This document shows positions 37,408 through 47,109 of a stretch of 64,000 nucleotides of DNA, piece by piece. Below the pieces are notes generated by a model. That model was not told the DNA's origin. It saw nothing but the letters and a program-made list of their open reading frames with translations, and made no database searches. The DNA comes from Alphaproteobacteria bacterium. GTDB lineage: Bacteria > Pseudomonadota > Alphaproteobacteria > Rs-D84. Numbering within the stretch: the first letter of the stretch is position 1; every line of letters starts with the position of its first letter. The stretch lies in contig JAFQOQ010000021.1 of NCBI GenBank assembly GCA_017403085.1, positions 4,193 to 68,192 of the forward strand, written 5' to 3'. Both the position numbers and the translations under genes were made by a program.

Positions 37408-38679
37408 ATGACACGACCACTTGCCGATTTAATGCGTCCAAACACGATTGATGACATCGTCGGACAAACCACATTATTGGGTGAAAACGGCTTGGTACGC
37501 CGTATGGTCGATAACAAAAAACTATCTAATTTAATATTGTGGGGTCCCCCAGGTTGCGGAAAAACAACTATTGCCCGCGCACTGGCGAATTCTGTTGATA
37601 TGGACTTTGTCCCAATGTCTGCGGTATTTTCTGGCACCGCCGACATAAAAAAGGCAATGGATGCCGCCCGTATGAATCGCGACATCGGACGCAGCACATT
37701 ACTATTCATCGATGAAATTCATCGTTTTAACAAGACCCAGCAAGACACCCTATTACCTTATTTAGAAGACGGCACTGTTGTCTTTATGGGTGCGACAACT
37801 GAAAACCCCAGTTTTAATTTAAACAACGCGTTACTATCACGCTGTCACATTGGGGTATTAACGGCATTATCGACCGAAGACTTAATGACGTTAATGTCAC
37901 GCGCCGAAAAATTTACCGACAAAAAATTACCCCTAGACGACCAGGCCCGCACACATCTGGCACAAATGGCTGACGGCGACGCGCGCTTTTTATTGAACAC
38001 GGTTGAATATTTATTTAATGCCAACTTTAAAACACCACTAACGCCAGACGCCTTGGATTCCGCCGTACAGAAGCGCGCGCCCCTATCCGACAGACATGGT
38101 GATGAACACTATAATTTAATATCTGCCGTACATAAATCATTACGTGCCAGCGACACAGACGCCGCCCTTTATTGGACTGCGCGCATGATGACATCTGGCC
38201 AAGATCCAATGTACATATTCCGCAGACTGACCCGATTTGCGGTCGAAGATATCGGACTGGCCGATCCAAACGCATTACAAATTGCAATCGCCGCTTGGTC
38301 TGCATACGAAAGGCTGGGCAGCCCCGAAGGGGATTTGGCCCTGACACAATTGGTAATCTATCTGGGCACGGCACCAAAAAGCGTTGGCAATTACAAGGCG
38401 CAAAAGGCCGCATACGCAGCCGCCCGCGCCACAGGCAGTGTTCCACCTCCAAAAAATATTCTGAACGCGCCGACCAAAATGATGAAAGATATGGGATATA
38501 ACGCGGGCTATATATACGAACCCGACACCGCATCTGGATTTTCTGGTCAAAATTGTTTTCCCGAATCGATGGGCCGCCAGAAATTCTATTATCCCGTCGA
38601 ACGCGGGTTCGAGCGCGAAATAAAAAAACGCCTAGAATACTGGGACACCCTGCGCGAAAAAATGAATAAACCCGAATAA
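37408..38679 (+). CDS. rarA: Replication-associated recombination protein A (RarA/MgsA)
   Basis: WGPPGCGKTT, LFIDEIHRFNK, C-terminal MgsA domain; 423 aa. Confidence 0.92.
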   Translation: MTRPLADLMRPNTIDDIVGQTTLLGENGLVRRMVDNKKLSNLILWGPPGCGKTTIARALANSVDMDFVPMSAVFSGTADIKKAMDAARMNRDIGRSTLLFIDEIHRFNKTQQDTLLPYLEDGTVVFMGATTENPSFNLNNALLSRCHIGVLTALSTEDLMTLMSRAEKFTDKKLPLDDQARTHLAQMADGDARFLLNTVEYLFNANFKTPLTPDALDSAVQKRAPLSDRHGDEHYNLISAVHKSLRASDTDAALYWTARMMTSGQDPMYIFRRLTRFAVEDIGLADPNALQIAIAAWSAYERLGSPEGDLALTQLVIYLGTAPKSVGNYKAQKAAYAAARATGSVPPPKNILNAPTKMMKDMGYNAGYIYEPDTASGFSGQNCFPESMGRQKFYYPVERGFEREIKKRLEYWDTLREKMNKPE

Positions 38680-38683
38680 TACG

Positions 38684-38811
38684 CCCATCCCTTGCATGGT
38701 GTAAAAATAAATTATAATGATTTAGATAAAAGCAAATCGGGAATCGTAGCGTACTAGCCGCTACGTGAGATTCCCGATTTGCTTTTAGATGAATTATTAT
38801 AATTTATTTTT
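38684..38811. repeat. Long-hairpin palindromic repeat element (~115 bp), copy 1
   Basis: Arms AAATAAATTATAAT...AAAAGCAAATCGGGAATC and GATTCCCGATTTGCTTTT...ATTATAATTTATTT flank an inner hairpin GTAGCG-TACTAGC-CGCTAC. Nearly identical to 43941-44067. Confidence 0.85.
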
Positions 38812-39548
38812 TAGAAGAGAATGTTGATGCGGGCGCCAACCTGGGCATCGTCACTTTCGAATTCATAGTCAATATGCCCAATATACTGGGTACGACCATA
38901 TTGGCGAACCAGTTTCAGATGTAACCATTCCTGGTCATAATCTGTGTTATAAATTGGGTCTTTGTGTGTTGCCTTACGCACTGTAAATCCGGCACCAATT
39001 CGCCAATCTGGCGCAATACGGAAATATGATTCTGGGGTAAAATCCAAGAACGCAACACCACGTGTATCATCAAACACCCACGTTGATTTGACGGTCGCCG
39101 CCAATGTCATGCCGGCCCACTGGCGCCCAAAGCGCAACCCAACATAATACGTAGAATCCGCATAATCCGGCGTACGCACCTGGGAACTGCCACCAAATTT
39201 AAACCCGAACAAAACATCAGATATTATATTTGACACATTATCATCAGCCGACGCCATACGATACACACCACCAACATCAATTGCGGCAAAACCATCTTCA
39301 TGCCCGTTAAAGTCATGCTGGTAATGCACATCCGCGCCCAGACTTAACCGATTATTCATACCATACGACACAGACTGCCCTGCCCGCAATATATGGTCCC
39401 AGTACGCCAATGACGATTTAGTCAAAACTTCTTCTATTCCCTGCAAGAACAGTGGATCCGAAGTATCTGTTGCCAAATCATTTGCACGCGAAACATTTGG
39501 CATTGCAAACACCAACAACGCCATCATAATTGAAAATATTTTTTGCAT
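38811..39548 (-). CDS. Outer-membrane beta-barrel protein (unknown family)
   Basis: Signal peptide from the ATG at 39548 (SD GGAGAGGGA). Alternating strand pattern, terminal INILF. Shares an SYGMN-containing N-terminal block with the next OMP. Confidence 0.65.
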   Translation of the reverse strand: MQKIFSIMMALLVFAMPNVSRANDLATDTSDPLFLQGIEEVLTKSSLAYWDHILRAGQSVSYGMNNRLSLGADVHYQHDFNGHEDGFAAIDVGGVYRMASADDNVSNIISDVLFGFKFGGSSQVRTPDYADSTYYVGLRFGRQWAGMTLAATVKSTWVFDDTRGVAFLDFTPESYFRIAPDWRIGAGFTVRKATHKDPIYNTDYDQEWLHLKLVRQYGRTQYIGHIDYEFESDDAQVGARINILF

Positions 39549-39601
39549 AGACACGTCCCTCTCCTGCCCCCAAGATGTGGGGGCACGTTATATGAAAATT
39601 T

Positions 39602-40828
39602 TTAGAATTCAAACATGACCTGAACACCAACTGATGTTTCGCCATATTTACTGATATCTGCTGTGCCAACCTTGGTCAGTGTATCATACCCATCTGCGGG
39701 CGACAGCCAATAAAAGCCCAGTTTTTTATCATCCGCGCTGTCATAGAATGATGTCTTGGCATACAAATTCACTGCGAACCAATCATTTGGCTGCCAACCG
39801 AGTGCCCCCTTAATCGACGCCTGGTTATGCCAATCATAATGTCCAAAGACACCTTCCAGATTCAATGTCCAATCTTCATCCAAGACACTAAACACGCCCA
39901 AACCACCTTCGACATAGAACGCGCTGGTATCCCCCACCTGGTACGGCATATAAATCATTGATTCAATACCATTTTCATCTTTGCCAATAATTGAATTGCC
40001 ATATGAATTATTTTCTAAATCAACATACCAACCACGTGCCAACCCATATATTGTTGAACTGGCAACCTTATAGCCGGCTTTCATATCCAAGATAAAATTA
40101 TTCGCAGTATCTTTTTGATGCTGGAAATAGGCACTGGCCATTGCAATCCATTTTGGATTATCTATGAAACGCCACTGTGCGCCAAGTCCGAACAAATTAA
40201 ACCCATCGTCATCCATTTTATCATCTGGCGCGCCATCATCCCATTCAAATTTATATTCAGACCAGTCATATTTCAGCATTCCCATTATTGCGATACGGTC
40301 TGTGATACCATAGCTAAAATCTTCTTTGATTGCGAATTGGGACATATCCCAATTTCCTGTCAGCGACAATCCAGTGGATGGGAACAATATATCAACATCA
40401 TACGAATTCATCCCATACGAGAAATCCGTATGCGATCCAAATTTGCCCTGCAGTGGCTGATAGAACGGATGCGCCAAGAAATATTTACGCTTCATTTTTT
40501 CCACAACCGTTTCACTGCGCATTACACGTTTAGTTGTTTTAGTTGCCGCGGCAGACGAACTGCGTGCGCTATCATACTGCTTATACAATGCGCTGCGATT
40601 TGATGGTTTTGTATAGTACAAATCTGCGGCATCTTTTGCCTCGTACGTTTTGGTTGTTGTACGTGTTTTATATTTTTCATAATTAACTTTCTGACGCGTA
40701 CGCGTTGCCGGCGCACCAGACAAATCCGCACTAGACGCGGCGCGCGCACCCGAATTAGTTACCGCATAACCATTGGTCGCCCCCAGCATAACCAACGCCC
40801 CAACGAACAAAGACAAAGACTTCTTCAT
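39602..40828 (-). CDS. Outer-membrane beta-barrel protein/porin-like (unknown family) with a basic Ser/Thr/Lys-rich N-terminal extension
   Basis: Signal peptide, 408 aa, terminal VQVMFEF, many aromatic-girdle type strands. Confidence 0.65.
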   Translation of the reverse strand: MKKSLSLFVGALVMLGATNGYAVTNSGARAASSADLSGAPATRTRQKVNYEKYKTRTTTKTYEAKDAADLYYTKPSNRSALYKQYDSARSSSAAATKTTKRVMRSETVVEKMKRKYFLAHPFYQPLQGKFGSHTDFSYGMNSYDVDILFPSTGLSLTGNWDMSQFAIKEDFSYGITDRIAIMGMLKYDWSEYKFEWDDGAPDDKMDDDGFNLFGLGAQWRFIDNPKWIAMASAYFQHQKDTANNFILDMKAGYKVASSTIYGLARGWYVDLENNSYGNSIIGKDENGIESMIYMPYQVGDTSAFYVEGGLGVFSVLDEDWTLNLEGVFGHYDWHNQASIKGALGWQPNDWFAVNLYAKTSFYDSADDKKLGFYWLSPADGYDTLTKVGTADISKYGETSVGVQVMFEF

Positions 40829-41030
40829 AATAAACTACTCCTTTTGGATAAAATTATATCACAAACCGGCCTTATAAAAAAGAATAAAAGCACGCCCAGA
40901 TACCTAATAACTTTTGTCGCTTAATAACCACTGTCATCCCCTTTGTCGCTTCGCGGCACTTCGTAGTCATTGCGAGGCGAAGCCGTGGCAATCCAGTCTA
41001 TCTTTCCTTTTTATTTGAATACCACCCAAA

Positions 41031-41054
41031 AACAAAACCCGCATAATGCGGGTT
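41031..41054 (-). terminator. Intrinsic terminator after the 242-aa secreted-protein gene
   Basis: ACCCGC-ATAAT-GCGGGT hairpin with a plus-strand A-rich run, which is a minus-strand U-run after the hairpin. Confidence 0.55.
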
Positions 41055-41059
41055 AATTA

Positions 41060-41788
41060 TTATCGCATGCCATAAAATCCCATACCTGATTGTTGTCGTT
41101 GGCCACCCTCTTCCATTTGTATAATTGCGCCATTGATTTTACCCAAACAGCTTGGCATACTCGTCTTATTCAAATATTTCTTGTTCCAACAGCAATCATC
41201 ACTATCACCCACTTTTGCAGAATCAGCACAAAGATTTTTCCCTAAATCATTATTAAAATACCGAATTGCATTTGCATCCATTACCATTTGATCTTTGACT
41301 TCATTTGTAAATTGCTTTGACGACACTGCCGCACTTAACTTGGCATAATTACTGCGCAGGCAATAAACCGTATCTGTTCTGCTTTTACCAGAACAATTTT
41401 CACCCATTGGCATTTTTGCACTCGACGAAGACGACGAAGAATCACTGGTGGCACCTGCCGCCTGCAACGACGTTGTCAGCACCGCCTTTTGCAATTGTGT
41501 TTTAAAACGACGTATCATAGATTCCAGATATTCATATTGCTGGTTCATCTGCTGGTTAATCAGTGTTGTTTTTAACGCAATTGCGTCACGCATCATTTGA
41601 CGTCCAGATTCATTATTTGGATTTTCTGCCTCGCCCACGTTATAGACATGTGTTGAACACAGTGCCAATATTGGATTGATACGATCGTTATCTTCTTTAT
41701 CGCAACCATTACTGGACGCCGCCACCCCCGCCGACATTGACATCAGCGTCACACAACCAACAACAAAAATCTTTTTCAACACGTTCAT
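41060..41788 (-). CDS. Secreted Cys-containing hypothetical protein
   Basis: 242 aa from the ATG at 41788, 1 nt after the upstream stop. Signal peptide, poly-Ser tract, 10 Cys in the mature part. Confidence 0.55.
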   Translation of the reverse strand: MNVLKKIFVVGCVTLMSMSAGVAASSNGCDKEDNDRINPILALCSTHVYNVGEAENPNNESGRQMMRDAIALKTTLINQQMNQQYEYLESMIRRFKTQLQKAVLTTSLQAAGATSDSSSSSSSAKMPMGENCSGKSRTDTVYCLRSNYAKLSAAVSSKQFTNEVKDQMVMDANAIRYFNNDLGKNLCADSAKVGDSDDCCWNKKYLNKTSMPSCLGKINGAIIQMEEGGQRQQSGMGFYGMR

Positions 41789-41789
41789 T

Positions 41790-43790
41790 TTATTTAACAA
41801 ACTGTTCCCACTTGATACATTTATCTGAATCTGGATCTACCTCATACCCCTCAGGACATTCACAATCACAAATTTCCATAATGCCATTACCACCTCCCCA
41901 GCAAGACCAACTACCGCCTGAAGAACGACACTCTCTCTCGCGCGAACCATCCTTATCAGCTTTCAAATGAGCAGGAACACCACAAGTCTCACCATTTTTT
42001 AAACACATTGCGCAATCATAATTGAACTTCTCGCCTTCGTGCGGACACGCACACACTTTATTTTTGGCGTCCCAATACATCGCAGACCCACGACTTACAA
42101 CATCACAAACACATTGCTTATACAATTCGCCACTTTGCGACTTACATTGCTGCTGTGCAGATGCTGCAACCACACTGCCCGCGGTATCGTTTGTAATCAA
42201 TACACCATCTTCCTCGTAAAACGTTTGCAGACTGGAATCTTTTACACAAACCTTTTCCGGCAAACGATTCAAACTGACCAAGCGTTCCAGTTCCGCATAA
42301 CCATTCGGCCCAATTGCACAATATTTTACACCATCTGGTTTTGGGGTTTTCTTGGCACTGCCACCACGTGACGCCCATGCACCACTATATGTTGCCGGTG
42401 CATCCTGGGCCAAGATACGTTCCAGAACCTCGATATCAATACTGGCCTGCTTTTTACGATTACGGAACAACATCGACGATTCCAACGCAGACGACGCACA
42501 CCCAACACGTATCATATCATCTTGGTCACCCGTTTCCGCATACAACCAATTACGACGTACCTCAGCCTGGTCAGATAATGTTTTTTGTAATGTACATGCC
42601 GGACTATCTTCGGCCGGAATCACCTGACCAATGGTGCATGGCACACCACCACGCGTTGTCGCCGACGCAACCGAACGCCCGTCTTTGCAATTTGCCGTAA
42701 CTTGCATTGTAGTAATATTACCTGCTGCATCCTGGCCGGCAACATATCCGTCATTGGCCGTATATGTGTATCGTGTCGTATCCGAACACAGATATTCACC
42801 CCACACATTACATGCGCCATTTAACATCATATAAATATCAGTAATATCGACACCAACCGCCTGGGCCTGAATTAACGCATCATACAATTCATCCAATACA
42901 TCATTATATGGGTCAAAGAATTTACGTGCCTTGTTCTTATACACCGAAACACGCTTTGGCCCGACACAGTTTTCACCCGTCGCCTCGTCACAGTTGGCAT
43001 ATTTAAACGCATCCTGCATCGTCGTGCGCAGTGATTTTAATGCAACCTCGGCCCCTTCTAGCTTTGACATAATTTCGCCCGCGATTTGTTCGCGCGCCAA
43101 AATTTCGGCCGAAACGCCGGCATTTGCCGCCGCCACCTGGGCATCAGACAAATTCCCATTACCCGCCGCCACCGATGTCGCCGACGCAGACGATGCTTGT
43201 GCTTGTTGGCTGGCCGCGGCGTCTGCCATTGCCTGGGCAGTCAATGCCTTTTGTTCTTCTAATGCCGCCTGCATTTGTTGCATTTGTTGGGCATTTTGCT
43301 GTTGCATTTCCATTTGCATTTGTTGCATCTGGGCCTGCATTTGTTGCAATTGCGCATTATTCTGGGCAGCAGCCTGGGCCGCAGCCGCCTGTTGTGCCGC
43401 CAGTTGCTGTTGTTGCATTTTGTTGTTCATTTCTGCCACAATTTGCGCAGAAATAAATTCAACCAAATCATCGCCATGTTTTTTACATGTATCATTACTG
43501 GTCACACACCCCGAAACAATTGGACGCGCCAATTCCATACTGGTGCAACCCGAACATTTCGGTTGCGCACAGCGCAATATCAATGAATTACAATTACCAA
43601 AATCCGCCTTGGCATTACTGCCCGTCGCGCCACGCGAATTCATCATTTGATTCCAGTTATTATTATTTGTTGCACCCGTCGTTCCATTCCACGCGGTTAA
43701 ATTACTGCCCGCAGTTGTTGCAATCTGGGCACCTGCGACAGACGGAATGGCGCATAAAACCAGCAATAAAAATCGCTTAAACAATTTCAT
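41790..43790 (-). CDS. Secreted protein with a long Gln/Ala-rich coiled-coil-like tract and a Cys-rich C-terminal region
   Basis: The signal peptide MKLFKRFLLLVLCAIPSVAGA starts at the ATG at 43790. QQQQLAAQQAAAAQAAAQNNAQLQQMQAQMQQMQMEMQQQNAQQMQQMQ. The C-terminal ~120 aa carry about 20 Cys. Confidence 0.6.
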   Translation of the reverse strand: MKLFKRFLLLVLCAIPSVAGAQIATTAGSNLTAWNGTTGATNNNNWNQMMNSRGATGSNAKADFGNCNSLILRCAQPKCSGCTSMELARPIVSGCVTSNDTCKKHGDDLVEFISAQIVAEMNNKMQQQQLAAQQAAAAQAAAQNNAQLQQMQAQMQQMQMEMQQQNAQQMQQMQAALEEQKALTAQAMADAAASQQAQASSASATSVAAGNGNLSDAQVAAANAGVSAEILAREQIAGEIMSKLEGAEVALKSLRTTMQDAFKYANCDEATGENCVGPKRVSVYKNKARKFFDPYNDVLDELYDALIQAQAVGVDITDIYMMLNGACNVWGEYLCSDTTRYTYTANDGYVAGQDAAGNITTMQVTANCKDGRSVASATTRGGVPCTIGQVIPAEDSPACTLQKTLSDQAEVRRNWLYAETGDQDDMIRVGCASSALESSMLFRNRKKQASIDIEVLERILAQDAPATYSGAWASRGGSAKKTPKPDGVKYCAIGPNGYAELERLVSLNRLPEKVCVKDSSLQTFYEEDGVLITNDTAGSVVAASAQQQCKSQSGELYKQCVCDVVSRGSAMYWDAKNKVCACPHEGEKFNYDCAMCLKNGETCGVPAHLKADKDGSRERECRSSGGSWSCWGGGNGIMEICDCECPEGYEVDPDSDKCIKWEQFVK

Positions 43791-43849
43791 ATTCTCTCTT
43801 AAAGTTAATTTTAACACAAAACCCACCCAGATAAAAGCAAAAAATCTGT

Positions 43850-44067
43850 CCCCACACCCCTTGCGTGGCGTAAAATAAATTAGAATGATTTAAATAAAAG
43901 CAAATCGGGAATCGTAGCGTACTAGCCACTACGTGAGATTCCCCACACCCCTTGCGTGGCGTAAAATAAATTAGAATGATTTAGATAAAAGCAAATCGGG
44001 AATCGTAGCGTACTAGCCGCTACGTGAGATTCCCGATTTGCTTTTAGATGAATTATTATAATTTATT
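43850..44067. repeat. Long-hairpin palindromic repeat element, copy 2, present as a truncated unit (43850-43940) plus a full unit (43941-44067)
   Basis: 91-bp period. Both units start CCCCACACCCCTTGCGTGGCGTAAAATAAATTAGAATGATTTA. The full unit matches 38684-38811 almost base for base. Confidence 0.85.
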
Positions 44068-46350
44068 TTAAAGGATGTGACGTTTATTATTCACATCAGG
44101 CGCAGACACAATACCCTCTTGTTCCATGCGTTCCATAAACCCGGCCGCCTTGTTATAGCCAATTTGCAAACGACGCTGAATATATGAAATGGTCGGTTTT
44201 TTATCACGCAGAACACATTCTTTGGCCTGGGTGTAAAGGTCGGCATCTTTATCGCCTTTGGACGGGATTGCGCCCGGGATACCTGCGCCCGCAGACATAT
44301 CTTCGGCACCATCACCATCAGTAACACCATCGGCATATTCTGGTTCGCCCTGGGCGCGCAAGAAATCACCAATTCTGTTTAATTCGTCGTCGGCAATAAA
44401 TGCGCCATGGATACGAACTGGGACACGCCCGGCCTCGCTAAATAACATGTCACCACATGATAGCAATTGTTCCGCACCACCTTCGCCCAGCGTGGTTGTA
44501 CTATCAATTCGGCTGCGCGCCTGGAACGATACGCGCGTTGGGAAATTCGCCTTGATAACACCGGTAATTGTTGTGGCGTCTGGACGCTGGGTCGCCATTA
44601 CCAAGTGAATTCCGGCCGCACGCGCCTTTTGCGCAATACGTTGAACACAGGCCTCAACCTCTTTACGGGCCAAACTCATCAGGTCTGCTACCTCGTCAAT
44701 AACGATAACGATATATGGCATATCTGACAAATCTATTTCTTGGGTTTCAAATAATAATTCGCCCGTCTCAGGATCAGTACCAACTGCAACCTGTTTTGTT
44801 AATTTTTCACCCGATGCACGTTTTTCTGCCGCCATTTCATTATAACTTTCAATATTGCGCGCATTTAAAACCTGTAATTGCTTATATCGTTCTTCCATTT
44901 CACGCACAGCCCATTTTAATGCATTTACCGCCGCCGCAGGATCCAGTTTTACAATTGGCGTAATCAGATGTGGAATATCATCCCAGAACCCAAAATCAAC
45001 ACCCTTGGGGTCAATAATCATCAACTTGCACTTATCTGGCGTAAAATGATAAACAATTGATGTAATGATAGATTGCACAAACACAGACTTACCAGACCCT
45101 GTACGCCCTGCGATTAACATATGTGGCATCTTGGCCAAATCGAAATACATTGGATTACCACCAATATCCACCCCCAACGCCAATGGGATTTTATATTTAG
45201 ATTCTATGAACGTCGGATTTTCGACCAACCCGCGATATCGTACGGTCTGTCGGTTCAGATTTACCATTTCAACCCCAACATAATTTGTGCGCGGAATATG
45301 CGCAATACGAATATTTTCTGTCGCCATTGCGCGCGTCATATCCTTAACCGTTTCTGTAATTTTCGCAATACGCATACCCGTATCAGGTTCAAATTCATAC
45401 AATGTCACAATTGGCCCCGGCTTTATTCCGACAACCTTGCCATAGACACCAAATTCTTCGAAATGCGTTTCCATCGCACGCGCATTTTGCTTTAATTCCG
45501 GCGTCACACCACATTTACTAAAATTAGATCGTTCCAAGAACTTTGGGTCTGGCAATTGATACGCGCCTGCGCGACGCACACCTGTCGCCTTTGCTACCGC
45601 CACTGAGGCAACCTTCTTGGCCGTCCGACGACGCAACAACCCACGACGTCCTTCTTTTTCACTATCTGCATCTTCTTCATCGCCATCTTCATCAGGCACT
45701 TCTTCTGCAGCATCGTCTTCATCCACATCGACTTCTTCGGACATATCGTCATTTGGTAATGGCGCCACCAAATGAAATGCCGCCCCAACCCATCGCACAG
45801 AACGCCACACCATACGAACCAACGCCTTGACATGAGATAATTTTATATGCAGCAATTGTCCCGCCATGACACAAAATACAACCGTCAATCCAACGCCTAA
45901 CACACGCCCCCATATCCCCAGCGCGCCACCAAAATCCATCGTAACAACCGCACCAAAAAAGCCACCAAATGTTGCCGACGGCGCAACCAGACCTAATCCA
46001 GACGCACCAACACAAATTGCAACAAACCCACGCAGGAAATTATACTCTGGGGCCTCGTCCGCATCCCAACCGCACAGTTTTACCAACCCAAATCTGGCCA
46101 CGCACAAGAACAAAAATAATGCCGGAATCGCACCAATACCATATCGAACCAGTCCAACTAAATTCCCTATCAGCGACTGCTGACCAAACGTACTGGCCAC
46201 ACCAAAACCATTTAAATACGGGTTATAAAACAGCAACGCAACTGCCGCCCACAATCCCAACATCAGCACCGCGACACCAATCGCGCGCATCATCACCCCC
46301 CTCAGCGCACCAGACACACTTTCGGGCAAAAATTTTGACTTTTTATTCAT
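44068..46350 (-). CDS. ftsK: DNA translocase FtsK
   Basis: N-terminal TM domain, acidic linker, motor domain with Walker A GRTGSGKS, C-terminal gamma (winged-helix) domain; 760 aa. Confidence 0.93.
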   Translation of the reverse strand: MNKKSKFLPESVSGALRGVMMRAIGVAVLMLGLWAAVALLFYNPYLNGFGVASTFGQQSLIGNLVGLVRYGIGAIPALFLFLCVARFGLVKLCGWDADEAPEYNFLRGFVAICVGASGLGLVAPSATFGGFFGAVVTMDFGGALGIWGRVLGVGLTVVFCVMAGQLLHIKLSHVKALVRMVWRSVRWVGAAFHLVAPLPNDDMSEEVDVDEDDAAEEVPDEDGDEEDADSEKEGRRGLLRRRTAKKVASVAVAKATGVRRAGAYQLPDPKFLERSNFSKCGVTPELKQNARAMETHFEEFGVYGKVVGIKPGPIVTLYEFEPDTGMRIAKITETVKDMTRAMATENIRIAHIPRTNYVGVEMVNLNRQTVRYRGLVENPTFIESKYKIPLALGVDIGGNPMYFDLAKMPHMLIAGRTGSGKSVFVQSIITSIVYHFTPDKCKLMIIDPKGVDFGFWDDIPHLITPIVKLDPAAAVNALKWAVREMEERYKQLQVLNARNIESYNEMAAEKRASGEKLTKQVAVGTDPETGELLFETQEIDLSDMPYIVIVIDEVADLMSLARKEVEACVQRIAQKARAAGIHLVMATQRPDATTITGVIKANFPTRVSFQARSRIDSTTTLGEGGAEQLLSCGDMLFSEAGRVPVRIHGAFIADDELNRIGDFLRAQGEPEYADGVTDGDGAEDMSAGAGIPGAIPSKGDKDADLYTQAKECVLRDKKPTISYIQRRLQIGYNKAAGFMERMEQEGIVSAPDVNNKRHIL

Positions 46351-46412
46351 AGCAGATGTATTTTATCACAATTTTAACAAAAAAAATAGGTGATAAATTT
46401 ATCACCATATTT

Positions 46413-47093
46413 TTATTTACGCCCCAAGGCCCACTTAACTATATCTGCCAATGCCATACCGATAAAAGCCCCCAGAACAACATCCGTTGGCCAATGCGCA
46501 CCAACTGCGACACGCGATACCGCAACCAACGTCGCCAATGTCCATGTTATCGCCTTATAGCGGGGCGCCAATAAACCAATCATTACCAACCCCGCAAAAC
46601 TAACTGTTGTGTGCCCAGATGGCATTGAATGAAACACCCAATCAAATGACGGTGGGAAAAAACCACTTACCCCCACCCCCTCAAACAACACTGGCCGTGC
46701 GCGCCCAATCAACACCTTTAAAACAGACGCCAAAGCACCCGCCGACACGATAGAGCAAAATATCAAAAACGCATAACTATCCTTTATTTTTACATAAAAA
46801 TCGCCTAGCAATACACGCAAACTAAATTTATTTTTATCGTTTCTAAATTTTATTTTTGCCTGAGCCGATTTTTTCATATAAAAAACAATCAACGTTATCA
46901 ACGCAGCAAAAAACCACACCTTGTCATCAAAGACATCACCCATAACGCGCCACAAACCGCAATCTAGATTACGCATAAATAAAAACAACGGTTTATCAAA
47001 CCAAACAATCCCTAACAGAACCACCAGTCCCGTAATAATTGCCGCCCATCCTAATTTAGCCCATTTTAAATTATTATCAGATGTCAAAAACAT
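46413..47093 (-). CDS. PAP2-family phosphatase (membrane lipid phosphatase)
   Basis: KxxxxxxRP context (KVLIGRARP), SGH (PSGHTT), SRxxxxxHxxxD (SRVAVGAHWPTD). ATG at 47093. Confidence 0.8.
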   Translation of the reverse strand: MFLTSDNNLKWAKLGWAAIITGLVVLLGIVWFDKPLFLFMRNLDCGLWRVMGDVFDDKVWFFAALITLIVFYMKKSAQAKIKFRNDKNKFSLRVLLGDFYVKIKDSYAFLIFCSIVSAGALASVLKVLIGRARPVLFEGVGVSGFFPPSFDWVFHSMPSGHTTVSFAGLVMIGLLAPRYKAITWTLATLVAVSRVAVGAHWPTDVVLGAFIGMALADIVKWALGRK

Positions 47094-47109
47094 TTCTATA
47101 CCCCATATA

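Noticed and set aside
40905-41010. GC-rich imperfect palindrome and short direct repeat (CTTTGTCGCTT twice; GCTTCGC...GCGAAGC; ...GTCATTGCGAGGCGAAGCCGTGGCAATCC), reminiscent of small dispersed repeats seen in many environmental bacterial genomes.
   Set aside because: There is a single copy in this window with only a ~7-bp stem. I cannot establish from memory that it belongs to a repeat family. It lies in the promoter region of the 408-aa OMP gene.
42931-43650. A 239-aa plus-strand ORF rich in Cys/Ala/Trp (CCICWAFCCCISICICC...), which looks like an exotic Cys-rich peptide gene.
   Set aside because: It is the antisense reading of the Gln/Ala-rich CAA/CAG/GCN repeat of the minus-strand secreted-protein gene. 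It has no SD or independent signals and is a low-complexity artefact.
43850-44067. Tandem repeat with a 91-bp period; considered as a possible CRISPR-like array.
   Set aside because: There are only 1.7 units with no unique spacers between short repeats, and the unit is itself a long palindrome. It is the same dispersed hairpin element seen at 38684.
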